DNA from: Octopus bimaculoides
Lineage: Eukaryota
Reading direction: 5' to 3'
Length of the DNA: 44,270 bases
Assembly (NCBI RefSeq): GCF_001194135.2
Contig: NC_069005.1
Coordinates: 8,104,261 to 8,148,530 of the forward strand
Both the position numbers and the translations under genes were made by a program. This document shows positions 33,537 to 44,270 of this stretch, in pieces. Position 1 is the stretch's first letter, and every line of letters starts with the position of its first letter. The notes beneath the pieces were generated by a model. The model ran no database searches. It worked only from the letters and a program-made list of their open reading frames with translations, and had not been told where the DNA came from.

Positions 33537-34118
33537 TTTGCGAAGACCTGCTGAGGCAAATGAAATCGATCCAAATTCAACGACTGGCACTCATGCCAAC
33601 CTCTCCTCCATTGGACACTAAACTCGCCTTCTGAAGACCTGTTGGGGCAAGTGAAATCGAACTTGAGATAACCAAATTCGATGACTGACACCTGTGCCAG
33701 TGGAGTGCTAAGAGCACCGTCCGAGCATGTCTGGCTTCCATGCCAGTGGCACGTAAATAGCACCATTTAAGCGTGATTGTTACCAGCATTGCCTTACTGG
33801 CATGTGAAAAAACATTCGGACGAGGTCGTTGCCAGTGCTGCTGGACTGGCTCCTGTGCAGGTGGCACGTAAAATACACCATTTTGAGCGTGGCCGTTGCC
33901 AGTACCGCCTGACTGGCCCTGTGCCGGTGGCACGTAAAAGGACCCACTACACTCTCGGAGTGGTTGGTTGGTGTTAGGAAGGGCATCCAGCTGTAGAAAC
34001 TCTGCCAAATCAGATTGGAGCCTGGTGTAGCCATCCGGTTTCACCAGTCCTCAGTCAAATTGTCCAACCCATGCTAGCATGGAAAGCGGACGTGAAACGA
34101 TGATGATGATGATGATGA
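33537..34118 (+). mobile_element. RTE-type 3' tail element (family C), long copy with ~60-nt module array
   Basis: Modules CACC..GAGCGTG..GCCAG-N-CTGGC..GTGCCGGTGGCACGTAAAA, then GGAAGGGCATCCAGCTGTAGAAAC..GGACGT(T/G)AAAC(GAT)n. Confidence 0.85.
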
Positions 34119-34279
34119 TATATATGAATATGTGTGTGTGTGTGTGTGTCATTGATTATTTCATGCAAAATGCAATGGTTGCATGGTAAGGCATTTGTTA
34201 TACTTAATTCCTTAACCATTCATATTCATTATGGTCGATTAACCACAAGGTCACCAGCTGGCAAATCTAGAGGAGAGAA

Positions 34280-34288
34280 AGAGAGTGA

Positions 34289-34384
<96 letters not shown>

Positions 34385-34825
34385 AAAAAAGGAGTGGGAA
34401 GGTGATATTTGTGTAGCTGAGTTTGTAATTTAAATATTGTATGTTATTAGTGTTACATCTTTCATATGACATCAGCACCACCATTAAACATCACCCACCA
34501 CCATCACCACCAATACCAACACAACTAGTAGTAGTAGTAGCAGTAGTAGTTGCAGCAACAGCATTAGTAGTAGTAGAAGAAGCAGCAGCAGCGGTAGTGG
34601 TGTTGGTGGTGGTGGTGGTGGTGGTCATTGTCCTCATTGTTGTTGTTGTTGTTGTCACGGTGGTGGTTACAGTGGCAGCAACCGTGGTGGCAACACTGAT
34701 GGTGGAGGTAGTGGTGGTGGTGGTGTTGGTGTTGGTAATGGTGGTGATTGTGGTGGATGAAGTAATCGCAGCAGCTGTAGTAGTAGTAGTAGTAGCAGCA
34801 ATAGTAGTGGTAGTGGTGGTGGCAG
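34280..34825. repeat. (GA)n tract followed by a compound trinucleotide microsatellite (TAG/CAG/TGG/TTG)
   Basis: Seen directly; source of the poly-Val/His/Pro ORFs. Confidence 0.9.
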
Positions 34826-34864
34826 TGTTCCAATGTTGGCAGCTGCTTCTGGCACTGGACTTGT

Positions 34865-35162
34865 AAATGCAAAACAGATGTTTGCTGTTAATTGAATATT
34901 TTTCATAATTGTTTTGTTTGCGAACTTTGAGTGTGAAAGTTCAATCCGTGCAAAAAAGATTAAAAAATCAGGAATTTCAGAATTCTTCGCTTTGAAACCA
35001 AAAGAGTTTTACATTGATAGGATGAAAAAGCTTGTAAATAGATGGAAGGAAGTCATAGATAATCAGGGAAAGTACATTGATGATTAAATTTCAATTAAAT
35101 ATAACATTTGATCACTTGTTTTCTTTATTCAAAATTCGGACAGAACTTATGGGATGACCTGA
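34865..35162 (+). mobile_element. Mariner right end (transposase C-terminus plus TIR)
   Basis: KSGISEFFALKPKEFYIDRMKKLVNRWKEVIDNQGKYIDD* (34965-35087), then a TIR-like CGGACAGAACTTATGGGATGACCTGA-TA. Confidence 0.8.
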
Positions 35163-35559
35163 TACATGCATACATACATACACACACACATATATATATA
35201 TATACATATACATCCTCCTAGCACACACCTATACCTGCACATATACAAACATACGCATATTTGTATAAATGAAGGAGATGTGTGCATGAAAGTCGCACTT
35301 ATACACTGGACACAGTCTTACACTCATATACATATACACATACACATACATGCACACACACACACATATACATATAAAATATATACATACATATAAAATA
35401 TATACGTACATATACATATACTCACATACATACAGATTCACACAATTAAAAAGGAAAAAAATATATATATAAAAAATAAAAAATTAATGGAAGTTAAGGC
35501 ATATGGGAAGCTTGTGCAGGAACATAGTAAAAATGTGGATTCTAGCCATGATCTTGGGG

Positions 35560-36102
35560 AGCCCAAAACTGTAACAGGTATTTTGTCACATGTGGACAAG
35601 ATCCAAAAAGTTCAGTTCTTGAATTTAGACATGTAGCGTGGTCCAAGGAACTTTTCCAGATGAGCCATCTTTCCATTTTACAAAGACCGCACTTGCCACT
35701 ATTATTGGTATAAGGTTTACACTTGGCTAAGATCTTCCAGTAAATCCTCTAGCTGACATCTTGTTCTTTTAAGGACTATATATAACCGGATAATTTTGTA
35801 GTTTTTCGTTTATTCCAGTGTCTGAAGCTTAAGGTGTCATTGTTGAACCTTGCTTTGAAATTTCCCTCTGTGAGACCAACATATCTCTTGGATGAAACTG
35901 TGTTATTAGCATTCATAGAATTTATGGTGGCTTCATAAATAATGGCCTCGGTCATACAGGCTCCATTTAGCGGACACAAGTCTTTATCCCTGCAGGAACA
36001 GCTGGCTTCGTGTTGTTGTTTTGCATTGTGTATAATTATGTTTTTAAAGTTTGGGGTTGAACTAAAACTAATTTTTAGGTTATGCTTATTAAAGAGTTTC
36101 CT
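35560..36102 (-). mobile_element. Penelope-like retroelement relic, GIY-YIG endonuclease C-terminus
   Basis: RKLFNKHNLKISFSSTPNFKNII..CSCRDKDLCPLNGACMTEAIIY..RYVGLTEGNFKARF..TTKLSGYI*SLK..IYWKILAKCKPY..KCGLC..LNSRTELFGSCPH. This is the typical PLE CxC..CPL..C, IIY/YVG and terminal C..C/H pattern, with stops and a frameshift. Confidence 0.88.
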
Positions 36103-36139
36103 ATATATTTATATATGTGTATGCAGGAGTGTGAATGTA

Positions 36140-36320
36140 TGCTTATATATATATATATATATAAATACCGGAGTAAGCATATAAATGTGCAACAAGGTGG
36201 GGAAAAAAGTACTCAAATACCAGAGGTAGAGTAATATGCTTTATTTAAAAGCAGCAGAAATATAACAAAAAACTGTTACGCGGAGTTTCACGTTCCCATT
36301 CATCAGACAGTTTTGTTAGA
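36140..36320 (-). mobile_element. Penelope-type pseudo-LTR fragment with hammerhead
   Basis: Next to and co-oriented with the GIY-YIG relic; contains the hammerhead motif 36269-36314. Confidence 0.6.
36269..36314 (-). ncRNA. Type I hammerhead ribozyme, apparently intact core
   Basis: AAAACUGU-CUGAUGA-AUG(GGAA)CGU-GAAA-C(UCCGC)G-UA-ACAGUUUU: 8-bp stem I, short stem II, 2-bp stem III, GUA cleavage triplet. Confidence 0.8.
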
Positions 36321-36682
36321 ATTTTGTATCTTTTCTTTAATTCTTTGTAAGTCACTTTATTACTTTTATGAGAAATATTCTACATTATAACCCTGTTTCT
36401 TATATTGACAAGCAGTGACCTAGAAATTCCAAAATGTATTCTAATCAAAATAAGCAAAAGAGAGATTCAAAAACGAGGTAACTTTTAACTAGTCACCTGA
36501 CAACACACATCTGCATTTATTGCACACGGCAATTGTTTGTATAACATCTCACATGTGAGGCACCAGTGCACAATGAATCGAAATGATTGTAGTGAATAAT
36601 AAAGAGTCTCATGAATTCTATTATCTTTCTCTCATATTTCATATATTTATATATGTACATAAATAAATTATATATACGTACA

Positions 36683-36865
36683 GGTGCAGGAGTGGCTATG
36701 CAATAGCAGTAAAAGTGGCTGTGTGGTAAGAAGCTTGCTTCTCAACCACATGGTTCTGGGTTCAGTCCCACTGCATGGCACCTTTGGCAAGTGTCGACCA
36801 AAGCCTTGTGAGTGGATTTTGTAGACGGAAACTGTAAGAACCCCGTTTGTGTGTGNNNNNNNNNN

Positions 36866-36899
<34 letters not shown>

Positions 36900-37403
36900 T
36901 AAAAAATTAATGAGTGTGTGCATTACATTAATAATATTTTTTGAATTAAATAAAAAGACAACAAACAAAATATGACATACCTGTATACATATATGTATAT
37001 ATAATTTAAAATAACGTAGTAAATAAACATACGAACATATACGATGTACACAGACGTCTGTGTACGTAGTATATGTTCATATGTTTATTTAGTACACGTT
37101 TTTTTAAAATATACACACACACACATTTACACAGGTATATCATATTTTCCATTTGTTGTCTTTTTATTTAATCCTGAAAGAACATATATATATATATATG
37201 TATTTGTGTGTCTGTGTTTGTCCACTACCACCATCACTTTGACAACCGATGTTGGTGTGTTTACATCCCTGTAACTTAGTAGTTTGATAGAATAAAAATT
37301 ATAGTTTTACAAAGAATAAGTCCTGGGGTTGATTTCTTCGACTAAAAGGTGGTGCTCCAGCATGGCTGCAGTCAAATGACTGAAACAAGTAAAAGAGTAA
37401 AAG
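36683..37403 (+). mobile_element. SINE family B with an AT-rich expansion or insertion in its microsatellite
   Basis: Head 36683-36855, tail 37195-37403. Confidence 0.7.
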
Positions 37404-37415
37404 AATATGTGTGTG

Positions 37416-37486
<71 letters not shown>

Positions 37487-37704
37487 GTGTATGAGTACAT
37501 GCGCCTTTCACTGATTTATGTCAGTGAAGATTAGAAGCATCAACAAGAAGCTGAACATCCGGAGATATTTCCGTGTCACTCTTGCTGTTAGACACACGGA
37601 CATGCAGACATACAGTGATCCAGTTATTGCTATGTTGGAAATCTATGCACAGTTTGCTATATAAAACAACATCAATCAAATAGTGAAAATATTGGTTTAA
37701 AATA

Positions 37705-38146
37705 AGGCGGTGAGCAGGCAGAAACATTAGCACACTGGACGAGATGCTTAGCAGTATTTTGTCTGCGTTTACGTTCTGAGTTCAAATTCTGCCAAGGTCA
37801 ACTTCGCCTTTCATCCTTTCAGGGTTGATAAATTAAGTACTAGTTGCGTACTGGGGTTGATCTAACTGACTGGACCCCTCCCCCAAAATTTCAGGCCTTG
37901 TGCCTAGAGTAGAAAAAAAATATTGGTTGAAGATGTTGGCACAATGCCAGCAATTTCACAGGAGAGGGTAAGTCAATTACATCAATTACATTGACCCCAG
38001 TGCTCAACTAGTATTTATTTTATCAATTCTGAAAGAATGAAAGGCAAAGCTGACCTTGGCGGAATTTGAACTCAGAATGTAAAGATGATCAAAATGCTAC
38101 TAAGCGTTTTACTTGGTGTGCTCATGATTCTGCTAGCTTGGTGCCT
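37705..38146. mobile_element. SINE family A tail-to-tail inverted pair (37705-37918 +, 37935-38146 -)
   Basis: Both carry the central domain in opposite orientations. Confidence 0.85.
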
Positions 38147-38194
38147 TAAATAGTGACAATATTATAGTTAAAGGAAAAAAGGAGTGGAAGAAGT

Positions 38195-38253
38195 TACGGG
38201 GACGTAAACACACCAGCATCGGTTGTCAAGCGATGGTGGGGGGACAAACACAG

Positions 38254-38320
<67 letters not shown>

Positions 38321-38485
38321 TACGACAGGCTTCTTTCAGTTTCCATCTACCAAATCCACTCACAAGGCTTTGGTCGGCCCGAGGCTATAGTAGAAGACAA
38401 TTGCCCAAGGTGCCACGCAATGGGACTGAACCCGGAACCATGTGGTTGGTAAGTAAGCTACTTACCACACAGCCACTCCTACGCC
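38195..38485 (-). mobile_element. SINE family B (tail truncated)
   Basis: Near-consensus head on the minus strand. Confidence 0.85.
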
Positions 38486-38486
38486 T

Positions 38487-38777
38487 ATATCTTTGAGATT
38501 TTGACAATGTGATTGTTTATTTGTAGAACGACATTGTAGGTAGGCGTGAGAGATCAGATCTGTCCTATTTGAACATAGAACAGGCTGAATATTTTGGCCA
38601 GGTATGGCTGGTTTAAATACTAAAGGGTTAAACATCTGCTGACAAAATTTCAAAGTCTGCATATCAAAAGTCAACGGAGTTACAAAGAAATGTTGATAAC
38701 CTTATAAAGCATGATTAATTCAAAACGTGAACAAATAAGCATTATATTTGACATAAATCTAAAGGCTATAGGGTTAA
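38487..38777. mobile_element. Two partial copies of the TTAA-type MITE
   Basis: 38487-38631 ends AAATACTAAAGGGTTAA; 38690-38777 ends GCTATAGGGTTAA. Confidence 0.55.
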
Positions 38778-38929
38778 GCATAACACAGAATTAATATTAT
38801 ATATTCACATTAGTCTCACTGGTGGCCTTATTTTGATTGTTGGTTTCACTACGTTTTGTCTGTTGTATGCTCCAACTTTCTTCCGGTATCTTGTGCCATC
38901 ATGACATTTTTTTGCTTCTGTTAAATTTT

Positions 38930-39146
38930 TGTGAGTACGCCAGTCGAGCACTGGGGATCGATGTAATTGCCTTAGCTCCAACCCCCAAACTTACTGTCCT
39001 TGTGTCAAAATTTGAAACCATTATTACTAGTCAGTTTTGAGTTCAAATTCTGCTAAAGCTGACTTTGCTTTTCATCCTCTTGGGATTGATAAAATAAGTA
39101 CCAGTTGAGCACTGGGGTTGATGTAATCAACTTACCCCCCCCCCCC
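38930..39146. mobile_element. SINE family A fragments (38930-39015 -, 39036-39146 +)
   Basis: Central-domain matches. Confidence 0.7.
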
Positions 39147-39322
39147 NNNNNNNNNNNNNNNNNNNNNNNNNNNNNNNNNNNNNNNNNNNNNNNNNNNNNN
39201 NNNNNNNNNNNNNNNNNNNNNNNNNNNNNNNNNNNNNNNNNNNNNNNNNNNNNNNNNNNNNNNNNNNNNNNNNNNNNNNNNNNNNNNNNNNNNNNNNNNN
39301 NNNNNNNNNNNNNNNNNNNNNN

Positions 39323-39785
39323 TTGTATGCTCCAGTCTTCTTCAGGTGTCTTGTGTAGATGTAACATCTTTCTTTCTTTCTTTTTTTTTTTACTTCATTT
39401 GATTTTTTGGCAAGTTCACCTTAATGGCTTGTCTGGGATTGAACTCAGAATTTCTTGGTGACTGCACTGCATTAACCATTTCAAAAATGTAGAATTATAT
39501 TATCCTGTCAGTATGGAGCTGACATAAAATATCAATGGGAACACTAGATTTATAAGCCTTAAAAATTTATTCTGTTATTGGCTATGGACGTAGTATAGTG
39601 GATAAAGACATTGGTTAATGTGATGTATTCACCTAATGATTTTGAGTTCAATTCCAGGCAAGATACTAAGGTAACCTCAAAAAAAAAAAAAAAAATCAAC
39701 TGAAGCAGAAAAAAAAGACACCTGAAGAAGGTTGGAGTGTAGAACAGCCAAAATGTAGTGAAAGCAACAAAAATAAAAAAAAAAG
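39323..39785. mobile_element. Older, decayed head-to-head pair of the same tRNA-head plus hammerhead type
   Basis: (+) arm 39582-39785 has GAGTTCAATTCCAGGC and AAGACACCTGAAGAAGGTTGGAGTGTAGAACAGCCAAAA. (-) arm 39323-39480 has GAGTTCAATCCCAGAC and CAAGACACCTGAAGAAGACTGGAGC. A further fragment lies at ~38830-38893. Confidence 0.6.
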
Positions 39786-40289
39786 TACCAGTTGAACACT
39801 AAGGTCAATGTAACTGACCTACCTGATATTACTGGCCTTGTGCCAAAATTTTAAATTGATATTTTAATCATGCTCTAATATCAATCTAAATTCAAATCTC
39901 ACTAAAAGTTACTCTGACCCAGTTGTCCTTTCAGTTTCTAGTGGCAATAAAAAGTAATGAATTTCAAAACAAATATATGTATATATACATCTATATCTGT
40001 CTGTCTGTGCATGCATGTATGTATGTATCTATCTATATATATATATATATACATATATATATTGAGTGTACGTGGTGGGACTATTATCCAAAGTTTAAAA
40101 TCTTTAATAGAGCTGTTGTGCTTGAGTAGACATGTGAAGTGACATTGTAGGTGCGGCCAGTGCTGGTGCGCCTGTATCATTGACATGTGTGAGGCATACG
40201 TGCCAGTGACATGTATGAGGAACCCATGCTGGTAACATGTAAAAGACACTCATGCCAGTGACATGTAAGTGGCACTCATGCTGGTGACA

Positions 40290-40490
40290 ATAAGGGGTTA
40301 GCATGCCAGGCAAAATGCTTAGCGGCATTTCTCCCACCTGCATGTTCTGAGTTGAAATTCCATTGAGGTTGACTTTGCTTTTCATCCTTTCAGAGTTGAT
40401 AAAATAAGTACCAGTTCAATACTGGGGTCAATGTAATCAACTTACCCCCTCCCCCGAAATTGTTGGCCTTGTGCCAAAATTTAAAATCAA
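40290..40490 (+). mobile_element. SINE family A
   Basis: Head, central domain and tail present. Confidence 0.8.
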
Positions 40491-40523
40491 TATTAATTCC
40501 ACATTTCGAAAATATAGAATTGT

Positions 40524-41008
40524 AAATTGAAATCGTAATTGAACCAAATTCGATGACTGGCACCTGTGCCAGTGGAGTGCTAACAGCACCGTCCGAGCAT
40601 GATCATTGCCAGAGCAGCTGATTGGCTTCTGTGCCAGTGGCACGTAAATAGCACCATTTGAACGTGGTCATTACCAGCATTGCCTTACTGGCATTTGTGC
40701 CGGTAGCACGTGAAAAAACATTCGAGTGAGGTCATTGCCATTGCTGCTGGACTGGCTCCTGTGCAGGTGACACATAAAAACACCATTTGAGCGTGGCCGT
40801 TGCTAGTACCACCTGACTGGCCCTCGTGCCGGTGGGACGTAAAAGCACCCACTACACTCTTGGAGTGGTTGGCATTAGGAAGGGCATCCAGCTGTAGAAA
40901 CTCTGCCAGATCAGATTGGTGCCTGGTGTAGCCATCTGGTTCACCAGTCCTCAGTCAAACCGTCCAACCCATGCCAGCAAGGAAAGCAGACGTTAAATGA
41001 TGATGATT
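40524..41008 (+). mobile_element. Family C long copy (4 modules)
   Basis: Collinear with 33650-34118. Confidence 0.85.
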
Positions 41009-41861
41009 CTGTGGAAGGCATTGACTGGACAGTTGGTAAAGTTTAAACATGTAATGGATTAAGACTGTGATCCATCATCATCTACTTTTCCATGCTGGTA
41101 TGGGTAGAATGGAACTTTTGAGGCACTGTTTTTACTGCTGGATGCTCTTCTTGACACCAATCTTTTTTATTTGACTCTTACAGTACAAAGGAATACAGTG
41201 TAGTTATTCTAAAAACCAGCATTACTGACACATACACACACACACTCATTAAATGTATAATATATATAATGTCTGTCTGTCTGTCTATCAATCTACCTCT
41301 CCACTTACCTGTCTGCCTGCCTGCCTGCTTACCTTCCTACTTGCTTACATACCTACCCACTAACCCATCCACCTACCTACCTACCTACATACATACCTAT
41401 CCATTCATCCATTTATTTATTTATTGGTCTGTTGTTCATAAGTCCAAAAAGAAACACTCTAAAACATTTTTTTGAGTAGTTGGTTATGGCCGGTCAGAAA
41501 GTTACTATCAGTTTTGTGTCTATTATGCTCTCAACAAACTAGGCCACTCATGAGACTTGCTGGCCAGTGGTACATAATCTCTTTAGTAACGGAGAATATA
41601 GTCTTGGTCAACCAAGGTTGCCCAGTATTAAACAGATCTTTAGTGGCCTTAAACCCTTCAGAAAGGTAGGATGTTCATGTAGGGTTAACAATGAATCTGA
41701 GTCTGTAGTCTGTTTTATCAATAAATTTATAGACACACACATTGGGCCCCACACCATCCTTTATTACCTGATTGAGGGTGACTGACCTATGACCTACAAT
41801 GCCAAATATTTTAAATATTACAGACACTATCTATAATGGACCAGCTGTTTTTCCTGCTTCT

Positions 41862-42742
41862 CTTTTACTCTTTTATCTGTTTCAGTCATTTGACTGTGGC
41901 CATGCTGGAGCACTGCCTTTAGTCGAGCAAATCAACCCCGGGACTTATTCTTTGTAAGCCTAGTACTTATTCTATCGGTCTCTTTTGCCAAACCGCTAAG
42001 TGACGGGGACATGAACACACCAGCATTGGTTGTCAAGCAATGCTGGGGGGACAAACACAGACACATAAACACACACACATATATATATATATATACATAT
42101 ATACAACGGGCTTCTTTCAGTTTCCATCTACCAAATCCACTCACAAGGCTTTGGTTGGCCTGAGGCTATAGTAGAAGGCATTTGCCCAAGATGCCACGTA
42201 GTGGGACTGAACCCGGAACCATGTGGTTGGTAAGCAAGCTACTTACCACACAACCACTCCTATGCCTATGCTTCTATCGATACATCCTTAATTGCACTAT
42301 CTACCACATTGCTATCAACATGAACAGCCGATCCCTCTGTTGGGCCTACTTAGCTTAAACTGTCTCTCCCCACTCAACAGCCATTCATAGGAGCATCTCC
42401 ACGCCTCTTTCTTTGAAGTGTTAGTGAAAGCAAATCTGCCATTATCTTCTGGATACACTCCTCAGCAGTATCTTGATTTTTTTCTAGTCACTGCCTGTTA
42501 ACCCTAAACAATTCTAGTGATTACATCACAGCACATGTGTAAAGTTTCGTCACTCCGTCTCTCTCTCCTCTTGTTATTTGTACTTGATGTCTGGTGTCTC
42601 ATTGAGTCATTTGATATCTTTCTTTGCTGTCTCCTTGTCTTCTTACCTATTCGAGCATGTCTCTTAACTTTTATGGCTCCGTCTTCTGCAGAATTCCACT
42701 GTCATTTTACCATATATCCATTTGAGATTTTGCACCAGCCAC

Positions 42743-42830
<88 letters not shown>

Positions 42831-43226
42831 TGATCCCTCTCTCTCTGTGTCTGTCTGTCTTTGTGGCTGTGTGGTAAGTAGCTTGCTTATGAACCACATG
42901 GTTCCGGGTTCAGTCCCACTGCGTGGCACCTTAGGCAAGTGTATTCTGCTATAGCCTCGGGTTGACCAAAGCCTTGTGAGTGGATTTGGTAGACGGAAAC
43001 TGAAAGAAGCCCGTCGTATATATATATATATATATATATATATATNNNNNNNNNNNNNNNNNNNNNNNNNNNNNNNNNNNNNNNNNNNNNNNNNNNNNNN
43101 NNNNNNNNNNNNNNNNNNNNNNNNNNNNNNNNNNNNNNNNNNNNNNNNNNNNNNNNNNNNNNNNNNNNNNNNNNNNNNNNNNNNNNNNNNNNNNNNNNNN
43201 NNNNNNNNNNNNNNNNNNNNNNNNNN

Positions 43227-43262
<36 letters not shown>

Positions 43263-44245
43263 TGTGTGTGTGTGTTTATCCCCCCCAACATCACTTGACA
43301 ACCGATGCTGGTGTGTTTACGTCCCCGTAACTTAGCGGTTCAGCAAGAGAGACCAATAGAATAAATACTAGGCTTACAAAGAATAAGTCCTGGGGTTGAT
43401 TTGCTTGACTAAAGGCGGTGCTCCAGCATGGCTGCAGTCAAATGACTGAAACAAGTAAAAGCGTAAAAGAATAAAAGAATCATATGTATGTATATGTGTG
43501 TATATGTATATATACTGTGCATTTGTGTCTCCTAATCTTGACACTTTGCTCAAGATGCAATGCACTGAATCTTAATTGATCTTGTAAAGTGAACTTGAAG
43601 ACAAACGTGCTTTCAACTTTATGCACATAGAAAACATATATCTATATTACTGCACACACATACACACACTCACACATATGTGCATGCTTGTGTGCTTATA
43701 TACATACATATGTATATGTGTGTGTGTACATGTATATATATATATATATTTACATGTGTGTGTGTGTGTATATCCACACGCACAGCCTGTTCTTTCACCT
43801 GCTTGTGATATTTTATGTTTTGTGTATATATTATATATATGTGTATGTATATATACATATATATATGTGTATATATATACACACGTGTGTGTATATATAT
43901 ATATAGATAGATAAATAGAGAGAGATAGGCATGTGTGGTAAGTAGCTTGCTTACCAACCACACGGTTCTGTGTTCAGTCCCACTGTGTAGCACCTTGGGC
44001 AAGTGTTTTCTACTATAGCCTCGGGCTGACCAAAGCTTTGTGAGTGGATTTGGTAAACGGAAACTGAAAGAAGCCCGTCGTATATGTGTGTGTGTGTGTG
44101 TTTGTCCCCCCCCTCCACAATCGTTTGACAACCGATGTTGATGTGTTTACATCCCCGTAACTTAGCGTTTCGGCAAAAGAAGCCGATAGAATAAGCACTA
44201 GGCTTACAAAGAATAAGTCCTGGGGTTGATTTGTTCAACTAAAGA
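41862..44245. mobile_element. SINE family B copies: 41862-42268 (-), 42862-43475 (+), 43928-44245 (+)
   Basis: Each shows head-microsatellite-tail; the span groups three separate copies. Confidence 0.85.
42290..42520 (-). mobile_element. Ancient RTE ORF2 fragment
   Basis: With frameshifts: DTAEECI..DNGRFAFT..KEAWRCSYEWLL..VDSAIKD; the same linker region as 30555-30672. Confidence 0.5.
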
Positions 44246-44270
44246 ATGAATATATATATATATATATATA

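Noticed and set aside
33545-33665. CTGCTGA..GAAA and CTGTTGG..GAAA hammerhead-like strings at the start of the long family C copy
   Set aside because: The core A of CUGA is substituted, there is no stem II pairing and no closing stem I.
33700-33945. Repeat-spacer-like array resembling CRISPR
   Set aside because: Eukaryotic retroelement tail. Variable parts are only 8-10 nt, the same array recurs in dispersed copies, and there are no cas genes.
34441-34906. Poly-Val / poly-His / poly-Pro ORFs
   Set aside because: Translations of a compound trinucleotide microsatellite, with no splice or homology support.

Overview
Eukaryotic, AT-rich, repeat-dense genomic DNA with 11 N-gaps. It is most likely an octopus (coleoid cephalopod) scaffold; this is inferred from the SINE repertoire, not verified. 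One protein-coding gene can be reconstructed by hand: an 8-exon minus-strand MIIP-like gene (migration and invasion inhibitory protein family). Its CDS is complement(join(11844..12269,12980..13081,15049..15148,16268..16412,18034..18095,19372..19523,21129..22320,25008..25120)), 2292 nt / 763 aa, with all introns GT-AG and phases consistent. Most other ORFs in the track are microsatellite, gap or transposon artefacts. The rest of the window holds tRNA-derived SINEs (at least 4 families), RTE and R4/Dong-like LINE relics, a Penelope-like GIY-YIG relic, mariner relics and TTAA-flanked MITEs. The most unusual items are: (1) a ~500-bp palindrome of two head-to-head tRNA-headed elements, each carrying a minimal hammerhead ribozyme motif, with an older decayed second instance and a Penelope relic with its own hammerhead in the same window; (2) a tandem array of ~60-nt hairpin plus putative H-type pseudoknot modules in the RTE-type 3' tail; (3) an intronic 28S rRNA fragment spanning the sarcin-ricin loop with a ~100-nt GC-rich expansion; (4) a double-left-end mariner palindrome ~48 nt from a splice acceptor. 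Repeat boundaries are read by eye (about +/-10-20 nt). Family names and homologue motifs are recalled from memory, not from database searches.
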